A DNA stretch of 64,000 nucleotides from Eledone cirrhosa (GCA_964016885.1 OZ024742.1:326926001-326990000), one strand, 5' to 3'. Positions 40,054 to 52,381 are shown, counted from the first letter of the stretch. Notes: a model not told the origin generated them from the sequence alone. Numbers and translations are program-made.

Positions 40054-40119
40054 TTTTATCTGAAGAGAACACAACATCTGTCCCAGGATGATTTTGTATT
40101 CGAAATATGTATAATAAAA
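40054..40119 (+). ncRNA. Type I hammerhead ribozyme, inverted copy
   Basis: TTTTAT-CTGAAGA-GAACACAACATC..GATGATTTTGTATTC-GAA-ATATGTAT-A-ATAAAA. Confidence 0.7.
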
Positions 40120-40158
40120 TATATGGAACACTTATAACCATGTTTATTTCATCTTTTT

Positions 40159-40958
40159 TAGTTCTATCGTTACTTTGGTATATATTGTGTGTTAGATTCC
40201 GCCTACCACAATGTTCGATTTGTCAAGCTATTTAAACGTATGTTATTACTCTAAGGCCCCAACTTATCGAGTGCTTTGCTAACTCATCATTTCATATAAG
40301 TAGGCCGAATTTACTTGCAAACCGCCAGAGATTCGATTTTACTATTTTCCAATTATATTATTCTCTTAGATTTAATAATTAGACAATTCTGTTGATTGGT
40401 TAATTATTTGTGTTTGTTTAATAACATCTAGTTGAGAGCTTATCATGATGATTAGCGGAAATTAAAATATTTCCTTTGTCTAACATTTTGAATGACCTGC
40501 CAAAAACCGAGGGTTATTTCCCTTGCCGGAATTAACACATGACAGCTATAGATACAATTCGCAGCATATATAGCTGCAACATATAGCTTATCACTTCGGT
40601 CCTTGGTAGAACGAAAAACCTGTTGAAAAACTGAATCCTCCGTTCGATCATGAATACCTCGAGCTTGCCAGTCACGTAAGTCTGATATTTGATTTCGGAT
40701 TCAAAGAAACACTTTAAACGATTGATCATTTGATTTGTCCAGGTGTATTTTTCTCAACCTGATTAGTTCTATCGTTACTTTGGTATATATTGTGTGTTAG
40801 ATTCGCCTACCACAATGTTCGATTTGTCAAGCTATTTAAACGTAAGTTATTACTCTAAAGCTCCAACTTATCAAGTGCTTTGCTAACTGATCATTTCATA
40901 TAAGTAGGCCGAATTTACTTGCAAACCGCCAGAGATTCGATTTTACTATTTTCCAATT
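40159..40958 (+). repeat. ~197-bp direct repeats (40159-40355 and 40764-40958), ~605-bp period
   Basis: TAGTTCTATCGTTACTTTGG...CTATTTTCCAATTA present twice with few differences. Confidence 0.9.
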
Positions 40959-40969
40959 AAATATATATA

Positions 40970-41357
40970 TCATCATCATCATCATTTTACGTCTGCTTTT
41001 CCCTGCTTGCATGGGTGGGACAGGAACTGATTCTGGGTTGATTTCTACAGCTGGATGCCCTTCCTAACACCAACCTCATTTACAGTGAGTGCTGGGTGCT
41101 TTTTTGCCGTGGCACCTCCACGACCACTTTACAGTGTGGGCTGGGTGCTTTTTTGCCGTGGCACCTCCACGACCACTTTGCAGTGGAATGATAGGGACCC
41201 CAGTCCCTATCATCTCATTTCTACAGCTGAGTAAACTGGAGCAAATGTGAAATAAAGTGTCTTGCTCAAGGAAACAACATATCACCTGGTCTGAGAATTG
41301 AACTCACAACCTTTTGATTGCAAGGCCAATGCTCTAACCACTAAGCCATGTGCCTCC
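40970..41357 (-). mobile_element. SINE family B, full length
   Basis: Reverse complement of 24225-24616. Confidence 0.9.
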
Positions 41358-42030
41358 ATATATATATATATATGTATATATGCAAACACATTAACCACAC
41401 ATAAATAGATATATGCACAAATATATAGACACACACAAACACCAACATGGTAAAGTCAAAATGATGACACACTCATATATAGTGGTATTATAGGCAAGAG
41501 TTTACTGATGATTAAATATTAATCATTTTAGTTTATTTAATTACTTATGATTCAAACTATATATGTTTGACCACAAAAGAATGTTTTACTCCTTAAATTA
41601 TGGCATTTTTAAAAATGAAGCTTTTAATTAGCATTACACAATTAATGACAGTATTGCTATAGCTACAAAATAAATGTCACTTTTAAAACATTTGTGTACT
41701 GCGTGTATTTTTCATGACACCAGCATTACCACATTACAGAGTGGACTTGGTGCAGGGTGCATTTGATTGTGGCATCAGCACTAGAGAGGTTATCACATGT
41801 TTGACAAAACTGAAGTCATCTCAAACTCTGTATTGTATGTGTTCATATCATCATCATCACTGTTTAGTGTTCATTTTTCCATGCTTGCATGGGTTAGACG
41901 GGTCCTCCAGATCAGGAGACAAATCTGGACATCAGGAGACAAATCTGGACAGAATTAGCCATACTGTACCTTGCTCCAATGAGGACTGTAAATTTGGCTG
42001 GGGATTTTACAGCTGTTCATATATTTATAG

Positions 42031-42198
42031 CAGGTTTTCGAAACCTTTTTCAAACACAGAACCCTTTTTGGTTCAGAAACGTTTGGGGTAACCCTAAAGT
42101 CTAATACTGTTATATGGTCGTAATATAAATATATTCCTCTACCTTTTTTTCATGGAACTCCCGACACTAGTTTGTGGAACCCACTTTGGGAACCACTG
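42031..42198. mobile_element. hAT (Charlie-like) MITE
   Basis: CAGGTTTTCGAAA ... TTTGGGAACCACTG; perfect 8-bp TSD ATTTATAG. Confidence 0.8.
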
Positions 42199-42602
42199 AT
42201 TTATAGAATAAAATTATCGGTTCGACGATGAATGTTTTAATTGTCTGGTCAACAAAACAGCCAGGTCATGAAATAAAATTGCAAGCACCTGACCACTCTA
42301 CAGTCACGTGCATCCCTACACAATTCTCCAATTCTCAAAGAGATTCAGCATGACACACTGAGTGATAAGGCTAGCACATTTAATTATGAGTACAGTCCTT
42401 CCAACAGGTTTTCAAACATTTTGTCTACCTGGTTTTACTAACAAGGCATGGTTTGATCTGAGACTATGGTAAATGACATTTGCCCAAGAAGCCATGTAGT
42501 GGGATCAAACACAAGACCTAATGATTGTGAAACAAACTTCTCAACTATTCGGCCATACTGCCTCAGCATGTGCATGAGAGAGAGACAGAGAGAGAGAGGG
42601 AG

Positions 42603-42673
<71 letters not shown>

Positions 42674-42727
42674 GCGTGTGTGCGTGTGTGTGCGTGTGTG
42701 CGTGTGTGTGTGTGCACGTGTCTGCGT

Positions 42728-42890
42728 AAAAGGTAAACAGAAATAACAAAACAAATGGCACAGTATATGGAAGGAATATATTAGTTTAACGATTGAAATA
42801 GCAGGAAGAGCGTCTTAACGTTTCGGACGCTAATCCTTTATCAGAAGAAAGAATGAGAAATTAAAGAAGAAATAAAAAGATTGAGGAGAC
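42728..42890 (-). mobile_element. Penelope-like pseudo-LTR remnant with decayed minimal hammerhead (42813-42848)
   Basis: Minus strand TCTT-CTGATAA-AGGATTAGCGTCC-GAAACGTT-AAGA; homologous to 53543-53720. Confidence 0.6.
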
Positions 42891-43280
42891 AGACTGGAAA
42901 GCCTGGTTATTTCTTTTGGAAGAAACAGTTCTAATCCTGTAGAAGCCATTTCTATATTAAATTTGATGTTTATACTCTACTAATGCATGGAGTACCTTAC
43001 TGAGGTTACCCTCGATTGAACCTGGGACTCACATATATGTGTGTGTATATGAGTATGTGTGTGTGTATGTGTGTGTGAAAGAGTGTGTGGAGGTATGTGT
43101 GTGTCTAGTGAAATAGAAGAATCCAGCAACAAGTGGTTTAAGCCAACACAACACGCCACATAACACAAGATATACTAATAATTAGGTAGATAGAAAGTTA
43201 CTGCAGGCAATGACTGATCTCTTGACAGAGAAGGATGAAGACAACAACAAGCTGCACAAGCAGTGACAGTAGTTGTTACT

Positions 43281-43380
43281 GGTGGTGGTGATGGTGGTGG
43301 TGGTGGTGGTGGTGGTGGTGGTGGTGGTGGTGGTGGTGGTGGTGGTGGTGGTGGTGGTGGTGGTGGTGGTGGTGGTGATG
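43281..43380. repeat. (GGT)n microsatellite
   Basis: Direct reading. Confidence 0.95.
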
Positions 43381-43619
43381 GTAGTGGTTGGGGAGAATGA
43401 TATGGATGGGGAAGTCGATGTTTCTGGTAGTGGTAGTAGTAGTGATTGTGGTAGTGGTTGTAATTGTGGAGTGATATGGATGGTGGTAGTGTTGATGGAG
43501 TGGGAGGAGGGGTATGGAGGAGCTGGTGGTGTAGATATTGGTTGTGTTGGTGATGGTGTTGGTGATGGTTTCAATGTGGATGGTGGTGGTGTTGATGGAG
43601 GAAGAGTGATGTGGATGGT

Positions 43620-44670
43620 AGGACTGGCAACGTTGGTGGTTGTGTTAGTGGTGATGGTAATAGTGGTGGTGTTGATGGAGGGGGGGGGACTGATGGTTGT
43701 GTTGGTGGTTGTGTTAGTGGTGGTGTTGATGGAGGGGGGGACTGATGGTTGTGTTGCTGATGGTGGTTGTGTTAGTGGTGATGGTAATAGTGGTGGTGTT
43801 GATGGAGGGGGGGGACTGATGGTTGTGTTGGTGGTTGTGTTAGTGGTGGTGTTGATGGAGGGGGGGACTGATGGTTGTGTTGGTGGTTGTGTTAGTGGTG
43901 ATGGTAATAGTGGTGGTGTTGATGGAGGGGGGACTGATGGTTGTGTTGGTGGTTGTGTTAGTGGTGATGGTAATAGTGGTGGTGTTGATGGAGGGGGGAC
44001 TGATGGTTGTGTTGCTGATGGTGGTTGTGTTAGTGGTGATGGTAATAGTGGTGGTGTTGATGGAGGGGGGGGACTGATGGTTGTGTTGGTGGTTGTGTTA
44101 GTGGTGATGGTAATAGTGGTGGTGTTGATGGAGGGGGGGGGGGGCTGATGGTTGTGTTGGTGGTTGTGTTAGTGGTGATGGTAATAGTGGTGGTGTTGAT
44201 GGAGGGGGGGGGACTGATGGTTGTGTTGGTGGTTGTGTTAGTGGTGGTGTTAATGGAGGGGGGGACTGATGGTTGTGTTGGTGGTTGTGTTAGTGGTGAT
44301 GGTAATAGTGGTGGTGTTGATGGAGGGGGGGACTGATGGTTGTGTTGGTGGTTGTGTTAGTGGTGATGGTAATAGTGGTGGTGTTGATGGAGGGGGGGAC
44401 TGATGGTTGTGTTGATGGAGGGGGGGACTGATGGTTGTGTTGGTGGTTGTGTTAGTGGTGATGGTAATAGTGGTGGTGTTGATGGAGGGGGGGGACTGAT
44501 GGTTGTGTTGGTGGTTGTGTTAGTGGTGGTGTTGATGGAGGGGGGGACTGATGGTTGTGTTGGTGGTTGTGTTAGTGGTGATGGTAATAGTGGTGGTGTT
44601 GATGGAGGGGGGGGACTGATGGTTGTGTTGGTGGTTGTGTTAGTGGTGATGGTAATAGTGGTGGTGTTAA
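43620..44670 (+). repeat. G/T-rich minisatellite, ~66-bp unit with ~51- and ~75-bp variants
   Basis: GGACTGATGGTTGTGTTGGTGGTTGTGTTAGTGGTGATGGTAATAGTGGTGGTGTTGATGGAG(G)n, about 16 units. Confidence 0.9.
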
Positions 44671-46031
44671 TTGTGGGCGGTTGTGATGGCGCTGGTGTTC
44701 ATGTCAATGGTGGTGTTGGTGATGATGTTGATGTTAATGATGGAGATGTTGTTGAAGTGGGTGTTATAGGTGGAGCTGCTGGGCATGAAAATGGTAAAAT
44801 GGTAAGAGAATACCTAGTATTAAATATTGCCTTCTTATTTAGGCACAAGGCCAAACATTTCACTTTTTTTGTTTTACTTTACTTTTGTTTATAATTTTGT
44901 TCTGTAGTGGGAGGAAGTAAACTTAATTGAATCAAGTGTGTGTGTGGTGTGTGTGTGGTGTGTGTGTGGTGTGTGTGTGGTGTGTGTGTGGTGTGTGTGG
45001 TGTGTGTGGTGTGTGTGGTGTGTGGTGTGTGGTGTGTGGTGTGTGTGTGTGTGTACATTTAAGATGCATGCATATATCATTATTATCATTTTATGCATGG
45101 TTTCTGTGCTGGTATGGGTTTGACAGATTTCCAGAGTCCAAGATTAAATGTGTTGGAAACCACGTCTTGTTCATGCATTCCATTTTTGGCATGATTTTTA
45201 TAGCTGTCTGTCTGTGTCTGTGTGTATGTGTGTGTGTGAATATATATGTATGTATGCACCTTGGACATCTTAATTACAGATAACAGTTTCTTGGGTGGTT
45301 ATAGAAATAAACCATCATCACCGAGTTTAACATCGCCACCTGGTCTTTCAGTACTTTCAGAGGAGTTCATTCTATTGCAAGCATTCAAGCCAGGTTTCAG
45401 ATTTGTCAGAGGAAGAAGAGCAGTGCCATAATCCATTGCAGGGCCTCCAAAACTTCAGAAAGTTAGTTATATAACTAAAATCTTCCAAAAAATTTTGAAT
45501 TTTTTTCAAAATTAGTTGAAAAGCATAAAAAATATGGTAACGAAAGGGTTTACTTGATAGAGTCGAAATTTTATCACAGTTAAATTCTAGCTGATAGATA
45601 GATAGCTAGTTCGTAATTTTCAAGATTAACAGAGCAAATACCTTGTGATGCTTGTTCTAGCTCTCTGAGCTCTGAGTTCAGATCCTGCCAAGATCGACTG
45701 GAACACTTTATCCTTTCTGGATTAATATCAGAGCATTGGATAAGATGCCTTGCATTACTAGTTCTAGTACTTTGCATTTTGAGTTCAAATCCCTCTGTGA
45801 TCTTCATGGGTGGTAGGCTTAATCTGTCACCCAGTTTAAAGCCACCACTTGGTTTTGGGGGTATCTTTAGTAGAGTCCACTCAGTTGTAAGTATTTAAGC
45901 CAGATTTCCAGTTTAAGGCTACCTTCCTTCCTTCCACCCACCAGACTCAGAGATCCTAAAAAGAGCCACAGACACCACCCTTTCCATCCCTGACTAAATA
46001 ATAAGAAACCTATTTAAGCCAGATCTCTAGT

Positions 46032-46316
46032 TTAACCCTTTAGCATTTAAACCAGCCATAGCCGGCCAGAATTCTCTCACTTCTTTCTGTTCAAACCAGC
46101 CATAACTGGCTGCTCATACTTGTGCTAAGGTATTGTTCTCGAAATAAATAATATAAAAATCTCGTGGATTTGATATCATGTGAGATAATTATGTGAAATA
46201 AAGTGTTTACCATGAAAATACAATAGTAAATATAGAGTAATGTAAATGCTAAAGGGTTATGGGTACACCTGATTGTGGAATAGCTTGCAACTTACACGTT
46301 AATTTCAAAGAGTTAA
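46032..46316. mobile_element. Family P MITE plus ~55 bp extra, bounded by duplicated TTAA inside a ~120-bp tandem duplication
   Basis: The uninterrupted paralogue reads AGTTTAAGGCTACC (~45911); the interrupted copy reads AGTTTAA[insert]TTAAGGCTACC. Confidence 0.75.
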
Positions 46317-46807
46317 GGCTACCTTCCTTCCTCCCTCCCACAAGTCTCAGAGATCCTAAAAAGAGTCACAAACACTACCCTTTCCTTCCCTAACTAAATA
46401 ATAAGAAACCTACATAAATATAATAGTAAATAATCTTAAATACATCAAGATAATACATTCAAAAGGAGGGTAGGTTGTTGTTTTTCATTAATGCACTCCA
46501 TATTTAATTAGGAAAAAAATAAATCTTTAATATTTGCTGTCTAAATTCTTCTTTTGAGAATGTCAAGGGACTGGAATAATTTTGGTCAACTTGTCAAACC
46601 TGTAAAATTATTTTCACTGACCTAGAAAGATTGGTGCAAGAAAATTTGGTTGTGCTTGTTTAATGTCACTGAGGTATTAGCTTAATGGAGTATATAAAAT
46701 GAGATATATATAGTATACATACATACACCTAAATATATGCACATACCCCTCCATACATTTATTTATTTATATGTGTATATATATATGTATGTATGTTTAT
46801 ATGTGTA

Positions 46808-46872
<65 letters not shown>

Positions 46873-47352
46873 ATCCCTTTCTATCTCTCTATACACAAAC
46901 ACTACACACATAGACACTAACAGAAAAACAAATAAACATTAAGACACAGAAAGTTATGGCAACATGCACATACACACTGCTTTGTTGAGCTATAATAAAA
47001 ACAGATACAGTAGCCTTTTTTTTTTTTAAACTGAAAATAACATACCATTGAGGGTTTTTTTTTTATTGTTTTTGTGAAAGAAGGATATATTCTCGTTAGT
47101 ATTAGTGTATGTTGTTATTCTTCTTCTTCTGATTCTTGTCTTGTTGAAGATAACTATGATGATGTCCAATATATCAATATTTTGTAACATATGACTGCAT
47201 TTCAATATACAAGCCAAGGTAGGCTTCAACAAAATAATCTCATGCATGGTAACATTTTAGAGTCCTCTTGTGTGAGGGCAAGAGACAAGAAGTGAAACAC
47301 TACTCCATTCTGCACCCACTCTCACAGAAGACAGACATACAACACAAGTATT

Positions 47353-47770
47353 TTAACCCATTTGATACCAAACCAAAACTAGTTACATCATAGAAAACTG
47401 TTTGTTTTAAAGTGTCTATAATTTTATGTAAAACCATTAAGTTGTGGTCCAGGTACCAGCTTAACCCTTTTGATACCAAACCTCCCCTAGTTCTGCAATA
47501 TTTTATCTAAGAACCTTTGTCATGTTCCAAGCATCAGCTTAACCTTTTTGATACCAAACCACCTCAAACTTCTGGTTCTGTGATACAAAATTGTGTTTTA
47601 AAGTGTTTTTATTTATCTAAAAACTCTCCCATTATAATTCTCTGCTATGCAAGAAATTTTGTTAATTTATGCGCTAAGCACCACCTTAATAATGAGAAAA
47701 TTACTTGTATTACTAAATTCCTCCAAATACTTGATTATTTACAAAATTACTTGAAAATCATAGGCTGTGT
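47353..47770 (+). repeat. Three head-to-tail starts of a second TTAA-CCC element
   Basis: TTAACC(C/T)(A/T)TTTGATACCAAACC at 47353, 47461 and 47539; related sequence at ~22867-23050. Confidence 0.6.
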
Positions 47771-48679
47771 ATTTTATAAGAAATATGATAATAAAAGGAT
47801 TAAAGCCATTTATTTTTCCTATGGTACTTTTTGAAGCAATGTTCAACAACCAGCTATCGTTCCAGGTGCTAACCCTTTGTACTTGCTTCTTTATGATATG
47901 CAAGGATACAGTGTCCCATACCAGCTGGTATATCTGATTGAATTTGTTTCAAGCATTCACCTCAAGTTAGAATATTAAGATCATTCTGCCCAATCTATGC
48001 TAACATTAAAAAGCCTACATTAAACAATGATCATGATGATGATGATGATGGCTTTCCCCTACCAATCTTAGTGACCTTAAAAAGGGTCAAAGGCACAGCA
48101 CTTTCTTCTTGGACTAAATGATAAAACACAAGATATACCACTAAATCATCTTTCCTTTATCCAACCCCTTTAATCCCACTCCATGGGCTATATATACCAA
48201 ATGCCTTTACGCTTGTGATGGGATTAATTCAAAAGGACATGTGCATGTACAGAAACACATTCACATACACTCACAAACATGGATACAGAGAGAGAAACAC
48301 ACTCCCAAACATTCACATACACACGTACTCACACATTTGCATACACACACACACACACACACACACTCTCTCTCTCACACAGACACTCACACAATGACAC
48401 CACAATACAAGGATTTATTTTGACGAGGCAAGGCATGGCACGTGGCCCTTTTTGCTTATATCTGAATTGGCCACCTGCCCCTTTTACATTAATAATCTCA
48501 CAGATTATTTTATCGACATTCATTCTCCCCACAACAATCCCCACCACCTCAAACCTAATCAGATTTAAAAGGGTTTAAATTTAGAACAGCAAATTACTAA
48601 ACATTGGGTACAGTAAATCATGTAAGAAAACTGCTACTAATAGCTTTCTTCTTTGCAGTAATTCTGTCAATAATAGTGA

Positions 48680-50285
48680 TTTTTAATTTAGATACATGGC
48701 CAGCAATTTGAGGGAAGAGGAAGTCGATTAAATTGGCCCCAGTGTTTGACTGGTACTTTATTTTATCGACACCAGGAGAATTAAAGGCAAAGTGGACTTT
48801 GACAGGAATTGAACACAATGTAAAGAGCCAGAACAAATTCCACAAAGCATTTTCTGCAATGCTGTCATTATTCTGTGAATCCTCCATCCGGAAAGCCAAT
48901 TAATCTACCCCAGTACTTAACTGGTACTTAATCAACCTGGTAGGTTTTGAACTCAGAATGTAAAAAGCCAGAATAAATACTGCAAAGCATTTTGTCCAAC
49001 ACCTTAGTGACTCTGCCAATCCACTGCCCTTCCAATGGTTTCTAATTGAGGCACAAGGCCAGTAATTTATGGCAAGGTGAAGGTCAATTACATTGACCCC
49101 AGTACTTAACTAGTATATCATCCTTGGAAGGATAGAAAGCAAAGTTAATAGTGGCAGGATTTAAACTTAAAGAGCCAGAACAAATTCTGCAAAGCATTTT
49201 ATCCAACACTCTAATGATTCTGCCATTCCACCACCTGATAATAATAATAATAATTGTTTCTACTTTAGGCACAAGGCCAGCAATTACCCAGTGCATTACT
49301 GGTACTTTATTTTATCGACCCCGTAAGGATGAAAGGCAAAGTCAACCTCAGCATGATTTGAAATCAGAACGTAAAAGGCCATAACTCCATGCTGCAAAGC
49401 ATGGTGTCTGATGCTCTACCAATACTGCCAAATAATGATAATCCAAATATAAAGATCTGGGAATAGAGATAACATGAATGTGGAGGATGACAACAAAAAC
49501 AATCTCACAAATAATAAGTGCTCTAACCAAAACTCCATGGCTTAGAAATATATACAACATATAGAAAATAGTACTATTAGTGACTGCACACATATTACAT
49601 AGAGTACTTTTAATACAATAGAAACTACAATACCAAAAGCAGAACACTTTACCGGTACTTTAGTTTATCAACTTCAAAAGGATGAAAGACAAAGTTGACC
49701 TCGACCGAAATTTGAACATTTTTAGGAGGAACCATACAGAGCAAAAAGTCAAAAAGACCCCCAGTACTTGACTGATACTTTATTTTATCGACCTTGGAAA
49801 CATGAAAAACAAAATCTATTTCCGCAGATTGAGGAACAAACACATTTAAGTTAAGAGCTTGGGGAAGGAGAGCGGAAGTATAGTGAATCAGATAAATCTC
49901 CCTCACCACCACCAGTATAGTACTTTATTTATCAACCCTGGAAAAATAAGAAAAGTAAGAAGAGAAAAATGATTTAGGACCCAATAAACACATTTGGGGT
50001 AAAAAGTTACTGGGTGGAGAGAGTGGAATCAAGTAAATCAACCTCATAGTACTTGACTGGTACTTTATTTTATCGACCCTAGAAAAATAAGAAAAAGCAA
50101 AATTGACCATGGTAGGATTTAGAACCCAATAAAGACATTTGGGGTAAAAATTTAGTAGGTGAAGAGAATGAAATCAATTTAATCACCCCCCCTCCCACAC
50201 ACACACACACACACACACAGTACTTGACTGGTACTATATTTTATCGACCCTGGGAGGGAGGAGACGAAAGGCAAAAGTCAACTTG
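48680..50285 (-). mobile_element. Cluster of ~9 same-orientation SINE family A copies/fragments with one embedded Dong fragment (49435-49645, plus)
   Basis: Repeated GTACTT(G/A)ACTGGTACTTTATTTTATCGACC cores. Confidence 0.75.
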
Positions 50286-51495
50286 TAAATAATAATCGAT
50301 AATAAATGATCAACCACAGGTGTTTGTTTCTACATTAGAGAAGCTAGTTCAATATTCTGGTGTCTGTTGCACACAGAAAAGTGTATGGGCAGGAGGGGGG
50401 GGGGACTATAAACTGAAAATAACATTAATCACATTAACCACGGTATGGTTTGGTATAGTATATATAATGAAATATAAAATATGTCACAAACAGTAAACGC
50501 CCAAAGCCAAAGCAGATCTCTAATGTCTGTGGCTGAGTTCCCAGGATCTAAAAAATATAATATGTACAAATATTATACAGAGAGGCGAGGGAGGGTTAAT
50601 AAGTAGTGGACAAACGGTGGTGCTGGTGGTGGGATAAATGGTGGGGGGAATGGTGGTGGAGGAAATGGTGGAGGGAATGGTGGTGATGGTGGTGGAGGAA
50701 ATGGCAATGGGAGGAATAGCGGGTGGGGAGAGATGGGGGAGGGGGAGATTAGTGAATAAAACTGGAGAAACAATCTATCAATCTCAATCACGAGAAAGAA
50801 TAATCAATTTATTTTTTCAAAAAATATATAAATAGTCGTTTTGACACCAAATAATATGTGGCTTTTTTTTTAATGTAAATATGTGATGAGATAGAATGGC
50901 AGCATATGTTTGTGTGTGTGTGTGTGGGGGGGGGTTTATATATATATATCTGTATGTATGTGCGCATGTCTATATGTATGTGCGCATGTCTATATGTATG
51001 TGTATGTATATCTGTGTGTATCTATGCATGTACATGTATATGTTTCTATGTATGTATATGTATGTACGTGTGCATGTGGTATATGGTGCATGTCTTTAGT
51101 GACTAACAGAGAGAGAAAACAAACCAATACAGAAAGAGTTACAAAAGGTGCAGAGAGAGAGAAGAAACAGCGTTGGAGAAGCAGGATGTGAAGGGTAGAG
51201 AAAAAGTTATTTTTTTCAAATACACAGGAGGGGTATGAATGAGATAGGTAGGAGAGTGGGTGAGAGAAATTACACAGGCTACTGAATATGTAAATAGCAC
51301 CTATAGTTCACACAGAAAAACATAGGGAAGAAGATATAAAGCAAAAAAATAAATGCTCAATATATATTCAAAAACAGCCTTTTCCCTACCTCCACAATGG
51401 GTGCATGTTTGTCTATTATCCATACACATATACTGTATATAGTGTCCATATATATATATACACTGTATACATACACTATATAGACTATATACATA

Positions 51496-51557
<62 letters not shown>

Positions 51558-51561
<4 letters not shown>

Positions 51562-51753
51562 ACTGGGGTCCTTATCATTCCACTGCAAAGTGGTCGTGGA
51601 GGTGCCACGGCAAAAAAGCACCCAGCACTCACTGTAAATGAGGTTTGTGTTAGGAAGGGCATCCAGCTGTAGAAATCAAGCCAGAATCAGTTCCCGTCCC
51701 ACCCTTGCAAGCAGGGAAAAAGCGGACGTAAAATGAAATGATGATGAATGATG
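51558..51753 (+). mobile_element. 5'-truncated SINE family B
   Basis: Body and tail as in 24375-24616; 5' junction in (TA)n. Confidence 0.85.
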
Positions 51754-51822
51754 ATATATATATATTTATTTATGTTTGTTGGTTCACCACTGGATAGAAT
51801 TGGTCATTCCGTATGGTCAACC

Positions 51823-52335
51823 TCGATATAATATATATAAAGTTGTATTCCTGTCTGTTTGTTTGTTTGTTCATGAACCACTCCTATGGTTTTTGAGATA
51901 GACCCCCATAACCATATATATTCTGAAACTACATTGCCCAGGGTACTTGGATAAGTATATTTCATTTTAATCAAAGGGTTCCCCAGGGGCACAAAACCCT
52001 TCAATTCTTTTCCCTTCGATTTATATGAAATTTAAACAATAAGTAAATGACAAGATATGATGCCTATTCACAAAAGTTTTGAATCCATATTTTGAAAAAA
52101 AATTATTTACAAGAAATAAAATAAGAATAAGATTTAATAATGTAATTTTGATTTGATATATTACAAAAAATAATGTTTTACAATTTTTCCTGTATTACAT
52201 TTTACATTGAAATGCAAAGTTAATATTGAAATGCAGAGTTTTTCTCCATGAATTATATCACTGATTTAAAATCAATCATCATTTTCTTACCAAAAAAATG
52301 CGTGAAACACAACAAAGCGCGAGTAATTCGGCTAG
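51823..52335 (+). mobile_element. Non-autonomous Helitron-like element (internally deleted)
   Basis: (TGTT)n near the 5' end; 3' GCGCGAGTAATTCGGCTAG followed by T. Confidence 0.7.
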
Positions 52336-52336
52336 T

Positions 52337-52381
<45 letters not shown>

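Noticed and set aside
43273-44894. Gly/Val/Asp/Cys-rich ORFs resembling a structural protein
   Set aside because: Minisatellite with frame-breaking G-run variation; no signal peptide or splice context
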